From the NCBI GenBank assembly GCA_035457485.1, contig DATIBO010000006.1, forward strand, positions 370,659-434,658: a stretch of DNA of 64,000 nt, given 5' to 3'. This document shows, in pieces, positions 1 through 8,621 of this stretch. The notes under the pieces are model-generated. The model was given only the letters and a program-made list of their open reading frames with translations, had not been told where the DNA came from and ran no database searches. The DNA comes from Candidatus Saccharimonadales bacterium. Its GTDB lineage: Bacteria; Patescibacteriota; Saccharimonadia; Saccharimonadales; EFPC-124. Position 1 is the stretch's first letter; the number at the start of each line of letters is the position of its first letter. The translations under genes were made by a program, and so were the position numbers.

Positions 1-1015
1 CGACCCAAAATTCAGCCTAGAGCCTGTAGCTGAGCGGCTTAGTGAACTTCTAAAAGAACCTGTTGGTTTTGTGCCCGAATGCGTGGGCGACAAGGTCAAA
101 GTTGCGGTTAAGCACTTAAGGACTGGCGGGGTTTTACTACTCGAAAACTTACGCTTCCATCCTCAAGAAGAACAAAATGATCCGGAGTTTGCCAAAAAAC
201 TATCTACAAGTTGCGGTGCTGATTATTTTGTTCAGGATGGATTTGGAGTAGTCCATCGAGCTCATGCCAGCACAGATGTGATTACTCAATTTTTGCCAAG
301 CGTCGCGGGTTTATTGCTGCAAAAAGAGGTGACCACGATCACGCATGTTGTGCAAAACCCCAAACAGCCTGTTGTTGCTGTGGTCGGTGGAGCAAAAATT
401 GCTGACAAAATTAAGGTTCTTGAAAGGTTTATTCAAATCGCCGACCACATAATTATTGGCGGTGCTATGGCAAACACGTTTTTAAAGTATAAAGGTTTGC
501 CGATTGGGCAGAGTGTTTACGATGACGGTGAAGATGCGTTAATCTCTAAACTATATACCCAAGCTCGTAAAAAAGTCGGCGACAAAGTTGATGAATTTTT
601 AGTTCTACCCACCGATGTTGCGGTGGCAACTGAGATTGGCCCGGCTAAGCGACGCACTACAGTAAGTGTTCATGACGTGACGGAGGATGAATACATTTTG
701 GATATGGGTTCAAAAAGTACCGAAGCCATGTTGGCGATTGTAAAAAATGCCGGCACCGTAATTTGGAGCGGGACCTTAGGTGTGGCTGAATATGAAGCCT
801 TTGCGTATGCTTCGGCAAAATTGGCGCATGCCTTGGCCGTTCAAAAACATAGTACGTTTAGCTTAATCGGCGGTGGCGACACAGTGGACTTTGTTTTAGG
901 CTGGGATAGTCAAAAGGGCGACAGTTTCGGGTTGGTTTCCACTGGGGGAAGCGCTAGTCTTGAGCTGATGGCGGGAGAGACTCTTCCGGGCGTGGCCGCT
1001 CTAATGGATCGCTAA
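1..1015 (+). CDS. pgk: phosphoglycerate kinase, 5'-truncated by the window edge
   Basis: The frame is open from nt 2. It contains LLLENLRFHPQEE and the C-terminal STGGSASLELMAGETLPGVAAL typical of PGK. tpiA follows directly. Confidence 0.92.
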   Translation, partial: DPKFSLEPVAERLSELLKEPVGFVPECVGDKVKVAVKHLRTGGVLLLENLRFHPQEEQNDPEFAKKLSTSCGADYFVQDGFGVVHRAHASTDVITQFLPSVAGLLLQKEVTTITHVVQNPKQPVVAVVGGAKIADKIKVLERFIQIADHIIIGGAMANTFLKYKGLPIGQSVYDDGEDALISKLYTQARKKVGDKVDEFLVLPTDVAVATEIGPAKRRTTVSVHDVTEDEYILDMGSKSTEAMLAIVKNAGTVIWSGTLGVAEYEAFAYASAKLAHALAVQKHSTFSLIGGGDTVDFVLGWDSQKGDSFGLVSTGGSASLELMAGETLPGVAALMDR

Positions 1016-1245
1016 TTTTCATGGCGGCTGCAATGGCACAAAAACCACGAGCGCGACAGACGTAATTTTCTTCTATGCGTTCCAGTTTGCAAAACCGACT
1101 TTCACTTGCGCCCAAGATCTCTGGTGGACAAACTGGCAGTTCTTTTTCTCCGCGACCATCGTATTGTTTCATAAGTTAATTATTAGCGCTTTTTTGTATA
1201 AATCATAGTGCTTGTGCTAAGCTATTAAAAAAGCCATAGGGCATC

Positions 1246-2013
1246 ATGCGCAAGAAACTTATAGTAGCAAACTGGAAAATGAAATTTACAGTTGGGGAAT
1301 CCAGCCTATTTTTGAATAAGCTCCAAGAAAAAGTCGTGGCTAACCGTAATGTCGAAGTTGTGATTTGTCCTAATGTTTTAACTTTGCAATCGCTTTCATT
1401 ACAGATAGATCGACGCAAATTTAAACTTGGGGCGCAGAATTGCTACTACAAGGACGAGGGTGCATTTACTGGTGAAGTTTCTGCCAGTATGCTACGCGGG
1501 ATTGCAAACTATATAATTATTGGTCATTCCGAACGTCGACATATTTTTTGTGAGACCGACAAACTTATTACACAAAAAGTCCAGGCAGTTTTGCGTAGCG
1601 GCCTAAAGCCGATTTTATGCGTTGGCGAAACTAAAAACGAGCGAATCGCAGGCGAAACAGCCCACACCTTACACGCTCAGGTCACGGCGGGTTTGGCAAA
1701 CGTTACGTCCGAAGAAATCAAAGATGTGGTAATTGCATATGAACCAGTTTGGGCGATTGGAACCGGTGATTTTGCCAAATCCGAAGACGCCATGACCGCG
1801 GCAAAATATATCAGGCGACAAGTCGAAGGATTGTTTGGTAAAAAAGCGGCCGAAGAAATTCAGATTTTATACGGGGGTAGCGTAGATACAGATAACGCTG
1901 GATCGTACTTGGCGGCCGAAGATGTAGACGGTTTACTGGTGGGCGGAGCGAGCTTAAAGGCTGATGCTTTTGCTACAATAATAGGTAAAGCAAACGAAAT
2001 AGCAACGGCATAA
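1246..2013 (+). CDS. tpiA: triosephosphate isomerase
   Basis: Contains the ANWKMK, IIGHSERR, AYEPVWAIGTG and ILYGGSV motifs. Confidence 0.95.
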   Translation: MRKKLIVANWKMKFTVGESSLFLNKLQEKVVANRNVEVVICPNVLTLQSLSLQIDRRKFKLGAQNCYYKDEGAFTGEVSASMLRGIANYIIIGHSERRHIFCETDKLITQKVQAVLRSGLKPILCVGETKNERIAGETAHTLHAQVTAGLANVTSEEIKDVVIAYEPVWAIGTGDFAKSEDAMTAAKYIRRQVEGLFGKKAAEEIQILYGGSVDTDNAGSYLAAEDVDGLLVGGASLKADAFATIIGKANEIATA

Positions 2014-2024
2014 GGTGGTAACGA

Positions 2025-3074
2025 GTGGCTAACGACTTAGATTTAGACGAATTACATGAGGCAGTCAGTGCCTTGATGGATCAATCAAAGGAAAAGCGAG
2101 CAGCTAAGCCCGCCGAGCCGGCTGCTGTGCTCGACCCAGCCGAGAACGTGACGGTTAAAACGGCGCCACCGACAGTTGCGCCTGAGCCGAAGTCCGAACC
2201 AGAACCGATTGCCGACAAAATAGAGGTAAAGCGACCATTGCCGAACTTATCTATTAATCGTCCTAGGGGTAGAGCGATGGACGTGATCAGCCCTAAACCG
2301 GCTACTCCACCGCCGACAAAAATTAAGCGGCAAGGTGTGACTTTGCAACCAACTCAGGACGTAAAGCCTGAGCCACCTAAGGAAATTGTTAAAGCTGAGC
2401 CGGAAACGCCAAAGCCAGAGTCGGTTCCAGCTGAGCACGCGCGACCTGAAACGCCAGCTTTAAACTATCAAAAACCTGCCGAAACTGAATGGCCCGATCC
2501 ATTGGATGTGCACGGCTTTAAAGATGAGCTCGAGCCAAAAACAGATTCAGCGCCAACAATGACCGAGGACACTCAAACAAAACCTGACCAAATTGCGCAA
2601 ACGTCACCTTTTTTGAATACCAAAGTCGAAAAACGACCCCTCGGTGCCTATTCGTCAGAAGACGCTCCGATCGAGGTTGAACCAGAAGAAACTCCCCAGC
2701 CCGAACAACAAGATAACTGGTCTTTTGGTGATTTACCACAAAATCAACCCGATGTCAGGTCCGAGCAGCAACCCGAAGCGCCGCCAATTGATTCTCTCGA
2801 TCAAACTCAAGAAACTGACCTGGATGAAATGCGTCAGGCGACAATTCCACAGCAGTACAAAACTACACAAAAAGAACACAGTAGTGATAGCCGCCCAGTT
2901 TTTGATACAAAAGATTATCACCCGCCAATCCAAGCGGCACATGCTGCACATAGAAGTAATTCAGCAATGGGCTGGGTACTAATTTTAGTTTTTGCACTAA
3001 TTTTGATAGCTGCACTGATTTTTGCGTTTTACATGATGACGGGCAGCCTGGATTTTTCGGTTTTGTTTAAATAA
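2025..3074 (+). CDS. hypothetical Pro/Glu/Lys-rich protein with a C-terminal transmembrane anchor
   Basis: GTG start after a GGTGG SD. Codon usage looks native and the sequence is low-complexity. The C-terminal hydrophobic helix is WVLILVFALILIAALIFAFYMM. Confidence 0.6.
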   Translation: MANDLDLDELHEAVSALMDQSKEKRAAKPAEPAAVLDPAENVTVKTAPPTVAPEPKSEPEPIADKIEVKRPLPNLSINRPRGRAMDVISPKPATPPPTKIKRQGVTLQPTQDVKPEPPKEIVKAEPETPKPESVPAEHARPETPALNYQKPAETEWPDPLDVHGFKDELEPKTDSAPTMTEDTQTKPDQIAQTSPFLNTKVEKRPLGAYSSEDAPIEVEPEETPQPEQQDNWSFGDLPQNQPDVRSEQQPEAPPIDSLDQTQETDLDEMRQATIPQQYKTTQKEHSSDSRPVFDTKDYHPPIQAAHAAHRSNSAMGWVLILVFALILIAALIFAFYMMTGSLDFSVLFK

Positions 3075-3135
3075 GGTTTTAGCGTTCACTACAATACTGT
3101 GCCACGCAATTTGAACTCTGTATAAAGCTAAAATT

Positions 3136-3164
3136 TTGACACTAAATCAATTTTGTAGTATGGT
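3136..3164 (+). promoter_or_regulatory. sigma70-like promoter of cassette A
   Basis: TTGACA, 17-nt spacer, TATGGT. The 5' UTR carries the hairpin CTGCCA-tatggt-TGGCAG, followed by a GGAGGG SD. Confidence 0.5.
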
Positions 3165-3217
3165 TTTGTCTTAGTCGCTGCCATATGGTTGGCAGTAACT
3201 AGCTTCCGGAGGGAAGA

Positions 3218-3748
3218 ATGACCGCTCAGACGCGAGACTTCGCCGAGATCAGCGACAAGCAGATCTTGGAGGAGGCGATGGAGTCCGGCGAGACGATCTT
3301 CAACGATCTGTTCTGGCGGGACCTTCTCAACAGCGAGACGGTGTGCATCACGGTCGCGCTGGTCGACGCCCTCGGCAACTACACCTGGCTGGGCAGTCAG
3401 GTCTTCGGCGACAAGGTTCAGTGGGACGAGAGCAAGTTCAACAGCTCGCCCGACGACAACTTCTGGGCCTACGCCGGCGGCAAGGCGATCACCTCGGCGG
3501 TGCTTCGCAAGAACACCCGCGAGGCTCGCGAAGCCGGCGACCCGCTCCCCGTGGGTGGCCTCGACTGGAACGGCGGCGTCTTCCGCGCAGTGACGTTCGG
3601 TTCGGGTGACCAGAGCCGGCACGTCGCCGTCGCGGTCGGAACGTGTGGTGTTCAGGGTGACTTCGACGAGGTCATCTCGGCGGCGGTCGTCAACACCTTC
3701 TGCGCCGTGTGGTTGCAGCGCGAAGCTGCCCGCGCCGCGCAGAAGTAA
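3218..3748 (+). CDS. G+C-rich cassette A: hypothetical cytoplasmic protein (176 aa)
   Basis: GC3-rich codons and a GGAGGG SD 4 nt before the ATG. Off-frame ORFs on both strands are typical of high-GC DNA. I recognise no confident family; there is only a faint GlcG/DUF336-like pattern (VAVAVGTCGVQGDFDEVIS). Confidence 0.75.
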   Translation: MTAQTRDFAEISDKQILEEAMESGETIFNDLFWRDLLNSETVCITVALVDALGNYTWLGSQVFGDKVQWDESKFNSSPDDNFWAYAGGKAITSAVLRKNTREAREAGDPLPVGGLDWNGGVFRAVTFGSGDQSRHVAVAVGTCGVQGDFDEVISAAVVNTFCAVWLQREAARAAQK

Positions 3749-3757
3749 CGCCCGCAA

Positions 3758-3803
3758 GAAGCCCGCAAGAGGTAAACTCTTTGCACCGCTTCTTGCGGGC
3801 TTC
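3758..3803 (+). terminator. GC-rich hairpin 3' of cassette A
   Basis: GAAGCCCGCAAGA pairs with TCTTGCGGGCTTC (13 bp) and there is no U-tract. It is homologous to the hairpin after cassette B. Confidence 0.6.
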
Positions 3804-3814
3804 GTACATTGAGC

Positions 3815-4348
3815 TTATTTTAATTTTTTAACTAGTTCATCAAGTTTGATAGTAGCGTCGTCAGATGTATTGATCGTGATCAATTTATCTAAACCGATCG
3901 GGATGTGCTGGGCGGAACGTGAGTAATCGTCGATACGGTCAAAATCTCGGTGGCCAGGATGCCGCTCGCCAGTCTTGACTCGCTCAATAAACCGCTGTCT
4001 CGAAAGCTCGTATGGTACCTTGCAATAAATCTCGATAATTTCTACATCTGGGAAGTCTTCGACAATTTTTTTAATCTGTTTACCGGCAAAGTCTGGGTTA
4101 AAAGCGTTTTCAATAATTAAAGAACGTCCGCTTTTTAAAATCCCTCTGGCAAGTTCGATTAAAAAATCAGCCGACAAAGAACCAAGCAATTTTGACCACT
4201 CCACATCATCAATCCCAAGTCTGTCAAATAAAAACTCTTTTATGTCATCCTTTGAAATTAGCATAATCTTTGTTTGTGCAGACAAGTTTCGCGATAACGT
4301 CGTTTTACCAGATCCTGGGGCACCGTTGACAATAATTAGTTTGTTCAT
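3815..4348 (-). CDS. P-loop NTPase / small-molecule kinase-like (AAA_33-type) protein
   Basis: Walker A motif GAPGSGKTT near the N-terminus. Composition is native and low in GC. The gene is sandwiched between cassettes A and B. Confidence 0.8.
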   Translation of the reverse strand: MNKLIIVNGAPGSGKTTLSRNLSAQTKIMLISKDDIKEFLFDRLGIDDVEWSKLLGSLSADFLIELARGILKSGRSLIIENAFNPDFAGKQIKKIVEDFPDVEIIEIYCKVPYELSRQRFIERVKTGERHPGHRDFDRIDDYSRSAQHIPIGLDKLITINTSDDATIKLDELVKKLK

Positions 4349-4451
4349 GCGGTTATTATATCTAATTTCGATAGACTTTAGACAATTTGCAATTTTCGTT
4401 AAAAAAGTTTATATTATGGTCACTCTTACGCAAGAGACAACGGAGGTGTTT

Positions 4452-5000
4452 GTGACCGCCACGACTCCCACTCAACAAAGGTGGAAGCTTGACAAGGAGC
4501 TGCGCGAGGGCCCGATGTTCGTTCTCGTCGACGGCGAACCGTTCAAGGTTCTGAGTTCGCTCCGGAACAGCAAGCTGTATGTCGGGACCTTCATCGACGA
4601 ATCCTATGCAGGTTTGCTGATGAAGTTCAATCCCGAGACCAAGGCCGTGACTACGATCGATGCTAACGCCGGGCTTCAGGCACTCTACATGAACAGGCTG
4701 GCGATCCCTGACTTCGTATCGCACTTGGTCAGGGCGGTTCAATGTAGTGGCCGAGACTACCGAACAGTCAGCGATGAGATCGCGCGGTCCCTATACGGGG
4801 CTGGCTTAACGGCCGAGATGACGGTTGCTCAGTGGTCGGCGTGTGCGCCGGAGAACGCCATCGATCACATCCGGGCTGACATCGACTGGATCTGGGTCCA
4901 GGCTCGGGCACACAGTCGATGGATGACGCTCCAGATCACACTGGCCGTACTCGCCAAGCTACAGCTCGATAAGCGAAGGCCGGCCGGGGACGGCCAGTAG
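4452..5000 (+). CDS. G+C-rich cassette B: hypothetical protein (~182 aa)
   Basis: GTG start 5 nt after a GGAGG SD. The longer track ORF (4242) runs antisense through the kinase gene and across a TTGCAA-17-TATATT promoter, so I trimmed it. Codons are GC3-rich. Confidence 0.7.
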   Translation: MTATTPTQQRWKLDKELREGPMFVLVDGEPFKVLSSLRNSKLYVGTFIDESYAGLLMKFNPETKAVTTIDANAGLQALYMNRLAIPDFVSHLVRAVQCSGRDYRTVSDEIARSLYGAGLTAEMTVAQWSACAPENAIDHIRADIDWIWVQARAHSRWMTLQITLAVLAKLQLDKRRPAGDGQ

Positions 5001-5011
5001 TACCTGCCCGC

Positions 5012-5061
5012 GAAAAGCCCGCAAGGAGCAATCCTCGCGCCGTGCTTCTCGCGGGCTTTTC
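5012..5061 (+). terminator. GC-rich hairpin 3' of cassette B
   Basis: GAAAAGCCCGC pairs with GCGGGCTTTTC. The region aligns with the cassette A 3' module. Confidence 0.6.
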
Positions 5062-5116
5062 ATATGTTGTCATAAACACCTAGCGGCAAAACGCTAACAC
5101 TTGTTACAATAAAGCA

Positions 5117-7273
5117 GTGAGCGAAGCCGAACTACTCTTAAAAGACCTGAATCCAGAACAACGAAAAGCTGCTGAGACAACCGAGGGGCCAGTACTTATT
5201 TTAGCCGGCGCAGGATCTGGCAAAACTAAAACCTTAACACACAGAATCGCTTATTTAATTGCCAGCGGTAAGGCTAAGCCAAGCCAGATTTTAGCCGTAA
5301 CTTTTACCAACAAAGCCGCTAAAGAAATGCGCGAACGATTGGCGCACTTACTTGGCGCCAACGGAAATGATCGTGCGTTCATGCCATTTATGGGGACGTT
5401 TCACAGTATTTGTGTACGACTTTTACGTTTTGACGGCGAACATATTCAGATTCCAAAAAATTACGTAATTTTTGATGAGGGTGACCGTCAGAGCGCAGTA
5501 AAGCAAGCACTTAAAAAGCTTGGGGTAAGCGAAAAACAATACAGCTCAAATTCGGTCGCCGGTTTAATCAGTAGTGCCAAGAACGAACTTTTAAATCCGG
5601 CCGATTACGCAGCCCAAGCCCGTTTACCTCTACAAAAGGTTGCCGCTGACGCTTACGCGATTTATGAGCGAGTGAAAAAAGAAGCCTCTGCACTGGACTT
5701 TGATGATCTAATAGGTGAAACTGTAAAACTTTTAAAAACAGTGCCAGAGGTAAAAGATAAGTGGCGAAAACAATTCAAGTATGTTTTGATCGACGAGTAT
5801 CAAGATACAAACGCAGCGCAGTACAACTTGGTAAAAATGTTAGTAAACGATCAACAAAACCTCTGTGTAGTGGGCGATGACTGGCAAAGTATTTATAGCT
5901 GGCGCGGCGCTGATTTTAAAAATATTTTAAATTTTGAACATGACTACCCTAAGAGTTTAGTCGTAAAACTCGAAGAAAACTATCGCAGCACCAAAAGTAT
6001 TTTGGACGCGGCGCATAACGTAATTACAAAAAATACTCAACGCTCAAATAAGGCGTTATGGACAAAGGCAGGCGAGGGCAGCCCTGTTAGTATTCAGTAT
6101 GTAAGCAACGAGCATTATGAAGGCGAGGTTGTTGTCAGTAAGATTAAAAGTGCTGTTGCTATGCGTGCCAGGCGCTTTAAAGATTTTGCAGTTTTATACC
6201 GAACCAATGCGCAATCACGCAGCATAGAAGAAAGTTTTATACGTTACGGAATCCCATATAGGATTGTGGGTGGTGTGCGATTCTATGACCGCAAAGAAAT
6301 AAAAGACATAATCGCGTTTATGCGATTAATTTACCAGCCAGCTGACCGCGCTAGTTTTTTGAGAATTGTAAACGTGCCTTCGCGCGGATTAGGCAATATT
6401 TCGGTTCAACGATTTTTAGATTGGAAATCTGCCCGACTTGTTGACGACAGAACCAACATAATCAGTGCGCTTGAAGCCTGCGAAACGGCGCTTGGGATAA
6501 CTGCTAAAGCTAAAAAATCGTTTGCTGATTTGGGCGAAATGCTGGCCCGATTAAAAGAAGCATCCGAAACTATGAGCTTGCCTGATTTTATTGAAAAGAT
6601 TATTCAACGTGTCGACTATATGAACTACCTCGACGACGGCACGCCTCAGGCGGAAGATCGCCAAGAAAACGTTAAAGAGTTAATCTCGGTAGCTCGCGAG
6701 TATGCAGATTTGGGATTGGCTGGGTTTTTAGAAGAAGTTGCCTTAATTAGTGACCTTGATGTGATTCAGGCCGACCAGGATGCGGTTTTGCTCATGACTA
6801 TGCATGCTGCAAAAGGATTGGAATTTCCGTGCGTGTTTATGGTGGGCATGGAAGAAAGCATTTTCCCAAGCGCTCGGTCGCTTTATGACCAGGATGACCT
6901 GGAGGAAGAGCGCAGGCTTTGCTATGTAGGAATGACTCGGGCGCGAGAGGAACTTGTTTTGACCTGCGCAAGTAGCCGCATGATCTATGGATCGACTCAG
7001 CATAATCCACCGTCACGCTTTTTGGCCGACATTGACGGCAAGGCTGAAACGCATCAAGCAACAGCCTTCGGGTTTAATGGTCCGACCGATTATGGTAATG
7101 AGCCTCGGTATGTGCCTGACGATCTAGATTTGGCGGTTGGTGATAAAGTTAAGCACCGCGTTTTTGGTCAGGGGATAATAACCGAGATTGACGGTTCTAA
7201 TGTGGCGGTTAGCTTTGCCGGTCGCGGTATGAAACGTTTAAATGTTGAGTTCGCGCCACTAGAGAAACTTTGA
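5117..7273 (+). CDS. pcrA: ATP-dependent DNA helicase PcrA/UvrD (SF1)
   Basis: Contains AGAGSGKT, TFTNKAA, DEYQDTN, TMHAAKGLEF and VGMTRAREEL. Confidence 0.95.
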   Translation: MSEAELLLKDLNPEQRKAAETTEGPVLILAGAGSGKTKTLTHRIAYLIASGKAKPSQILAVTFTNKAAKEMRERLAHLLGANGNDRAFMPFMGTFHSICVRLLRFDGEHIQIPKNYVIFDEGDRQSAVKQALKKLGVSEKQYSSNSVAGLISSAKNELLNPADYAAQARLPLQKVAADAYAIYERVKKEASALDFDDLIGETVKLLKTVPEVKDKWRKQFKYVLIDEYQDTNAAQYNLVKMLVNDQQNLCVVGDDWQSIYSWRGADFKNILNFEHDYPKSLVVKLEENYRSTKSILDAAHNVITKNTQRSNKALWTKAGEGSPVSIQYVSNEHYEGEVVVSKIKSAVAMRARRFKDFAVLYRTNAQSRSIEESFIRYGIPYRIVGGVRFYDRKEIKDIIAFMRLIYQPADRASFLRIVNVPSRGLGNISVQRFLDWKSARLVDDRTNIISALEACETALGITAKAKKSFADLGEMLARLKEASETMSLPDFIEKIIQRVDYMNYLDDGTPQAEDRQENVKELISVAREYADLGLAGFLEEVALISDLDVIQADQDAVLLMTMHAAKGLEFPCVFMVGMEESIFPSARSLYDQDDLEEERRLCYVGMTRAREELVLTCASSRMIYGSTQHNPPSRFLADIDGKAETHQATAFGFNGPTDYGNEPRYVPDDLDLAVGDKVKHRVFGQGIITEIDGSNVAVSFAGRGMKRLNVEFAPLEKL

Positions 7274-7280
7274 TAATTTT

Positions 7281-7314
7281 GGTGCTCTCTGAGCACCGGC
7301 GCTCCCGACGGGAG
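7281..7314 (-). terminator. tandem hairpins 3' of cassette C, abutting the pcrA stop
   Basis: CTCCC-gtc-GGGAG is followed by GGTGCTC-aga-GAGCACC and then AAAATTA on the minus strand. The same hairpins could also terminate pcrA. Confidence 0.55.
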
Positions 7315-7333
7315 GCTAGTGCTCAGAGTGTGC

Positions 7334-7888
7334 TCAGCTGGAGGCCTTGGTTTTGCGCTTGTGGCTGAAGTAGCCGAAGATCCCTGCGATGGCCAGCCCG
7401 ATCGAGATGATCCAGCAGGCGCTCAGCGCCAGCTTCAGTCGGGTATCGTAGACGTTGTAGTAGATCGTCTGGATGAGGACGCCGATGGCGAGTGTGACGC
7501 AGGCCATCCAGAACTTGGTGGGCCATGTGACGCGCTTGTCGTCGATTGCGGGCCGTCCACTGTTGAACAGCATCATCCCGAACGCCACCATGAGCCATGC
7601 CGCCATCCAGCCGTTCAGACTGTTGGCTTTGGGCAGCATCCTGTCGGTCGCTGCCAGCTGCTGCTCGACCTCGATGAAGTCGATGGCCGCGGAGGCCGTA
7701 CCGCAGATAGGAATAGCGAGCATGAGCGTTACGATGATGTTCGTTGCGGTCGGCGAGACCGGGAGCCAGCTCGCCAGTCTCCAGATGCCGACGGCGACGA
7801 GAATCGCCGCCATCCACTTTCCGGTTGGCGGGTCGTACAAGGCATACGTCACCGGGTCGGTCCCGATACTCGCAATTGCGTTGAACAC
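7334..7888 (-). CDS. G+C-rich cassette C: multi-pass membrane protein (184 aa)
   Basis: GTG start within the GGAGGTAGCTGTG context. It has 4-5 hydrophobic helices and GC3-rich codons. Confidence 0.75.
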   Translation of the reverse strand: MFNAIASIGTDPVTYALYDPPTGKWMAAILVAVGIWRLASWLPVSPTATNIIVTLMLAIPICGTASAAIDFIEVEQQLAATDRMLPKANSLNGWMAAWLMVAFGMMLFNSGRPAIDDKRVTWPTKFWMACVTLAIGVLIQTIYYNVYDTRLKLALSACWIISIGLAIAGIFGYFSHKRKTKASS

Positions 7889-7972
7889 AGCTACCTCCAG
7901 TAGCTAGTCGTTTGACTGGTTGAATTTATACACTATTGTAAGAAAAAAGCAAGATTCAACAGGGGTAATGTA

Positions 7973-8001
7973 TTGACTATTTTATATAAATATGGTATAG
8001 T
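7973..8001 (+). promoter_or_regulatory. sigma70-like promoter of cassette D (divergent from the cassette C promoter)
   Basis: TTGACT, 17-nt spacer, TATAGT. On the other strand, TTGCTT-16-TATAAA (7925-7952) faces cassette C. The spacer between them is AT-rich. Confidence 0.55.
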
Positions 8002-8063
8002 CTCTTTTAGACTTATTTGCAAGCATCTGCTTAGCAAAAAGTTGACGAGGAGAGGAATTTGAC

Positions 8064-8399
8064 ATGAGCTGCATCGCCAACCCCATGTGGGGCGGAGAAG
8101 TCGTGCTCGGCATGCCGAATGGAGCCCTGTGGGCTTTCGCGGTACTGCTGCCGGTCATCGCGGCCGCGCTCGGGCTCGCCTGCCTGATCTTGCACGAGAA
8201 CGGCGACAACGCCGCTATCGTCGGCGTGATCAGCAGCGTCTTCGCGCCCGTCGCGGCCTACTGCACGTTCATGCTCGACACCGAGCTGATCTCGCGCATC
8301 GGCAGCGACCCCACGGCCACCGGGATCGGCATCATCGCCCAGATCGTAGCCATGGGCTTCGGTCTAGTGATGGGCCTGATCGCCACATTCGACAACTGA
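8064..8399 (+). CDS. G+C-rich cassette D: small 3-TM membrane protein (111 aa)
   Basis: The ATG follows a GAGGAGAGG SD. The protein is very Ala/Gly/Ile-rich and hydrophobic, with GC3-rich codons. Confidence 0.75.
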   Translation: MSCIANPMWGGEVVLGMPNGALWAFAVLLPVIAAALGLACLILHENGDNAAIVGVISSVFAPVAAYCTFMLDTELISRIGSDPTATGIGIIAQIVAMGFGLVMGLIATFDN

Positions 8400-8407
8400 C
8401 GGCGCAC

Positions 8408-8444
8408 GGCGCCCTGCTCACCCTACTTGGGGAAGCAGGGCGCC
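8408..8444 (+). terminator. GC-rich hairpin 3' of cassette D
   Basis: GGCGCCCTGC pairs with GCAGGGCGCC. There is no U-tract. Confidence 0.6.
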
Positions 8445-8464
8445 AAAGCCTCAGTCCTCTCCTT

Positions 8465-8522
8465 TAGCTGTCGATATTTTTACTAGTATCCTGATGAGTC
8501 CATATTTAGGACGAAACAGCTA
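8465..8522 (+). ncRNA. type III hammerhead ribozyme motif (HHR-1)
   Basis: The sequence reads UAGCUG-UC | GAUA-loop10-UAUC-CUGAUGA-GUCC-loop7-GGAC-GAAA-CAGCUA. All core nucleotides are present. Helix III is 6 bp plus A15.1:U16.1, helix II is 4 bp and helix I is 4 bp. The cleavage triplet is GUC, with predicted cleavage after C8472. Confidence 0.8.
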
Positions 8523-8527
8523 ACTAC

Positions 8528-8556
8528 TTGAAATTTTACTAATTTTATGGTATAAA
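8528..8556 (+). promoter_or_regulatory. sigma70-like promoter of cassette E
   Basis: TTGAAA, 17-nt spacer, TATAAA, immediately 3' of HHR-1. It is followed by a ~65-nt UTR and a GAGGAGG SD. Confidence 0.5.
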
Positions 8557-8621
8557 TACACAGTTGTTCAGCAAACCAGCTGATACGACAAAACGTACTG
8601 CATTGCCTGAGGAGGCTTGCA

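Noticed and set aside
954-1172. A 72-aa Cys-containing ORF lies on the minus strand between pgk and tpiA.
   Set aside because: It has no SD or promoter, overlaps the pgk 3' end by about 60 nt, and I recognise no family. It might be a real small zinc-binding protein, but the support is insufficient.
3128-3757. Long antisense and off-frame ORFs occur inside the G+C-rich segments. Examples are 3128..3757(-), 3343..3609, 7319..7903, 7323..7817(-), 8087..8467, 8564..9214, 8568..9071(-), 9095..10012(-), 9493..10137, 20212..20607(-), 26220..26720, 43583..44128, 54884..55348, 56526..56996, 56972..57730(-) and 57941..58489(-).
   Set aside because: They are Arg/Ala/Gly/Pro-rich translations typical of stop-codon-poor high-GC DNA. 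They lack SD sequences, run across AT-rich spacers or hairpins, and overlap a better frame that has GC3 bias, an SD and plausible protein features.
4617-4623. Other CTGATGA occurrences (4617, 52362, 58104) could be additional hammerheads, on either strand.
   Set aside because: None is followed by a helix II plus GAAA, and none is flanked by sequences able to form helices I and III. All three lie inside coding sequence. No TTTC...TCATCAG arrangement suggested a minus-strand hammerhead.
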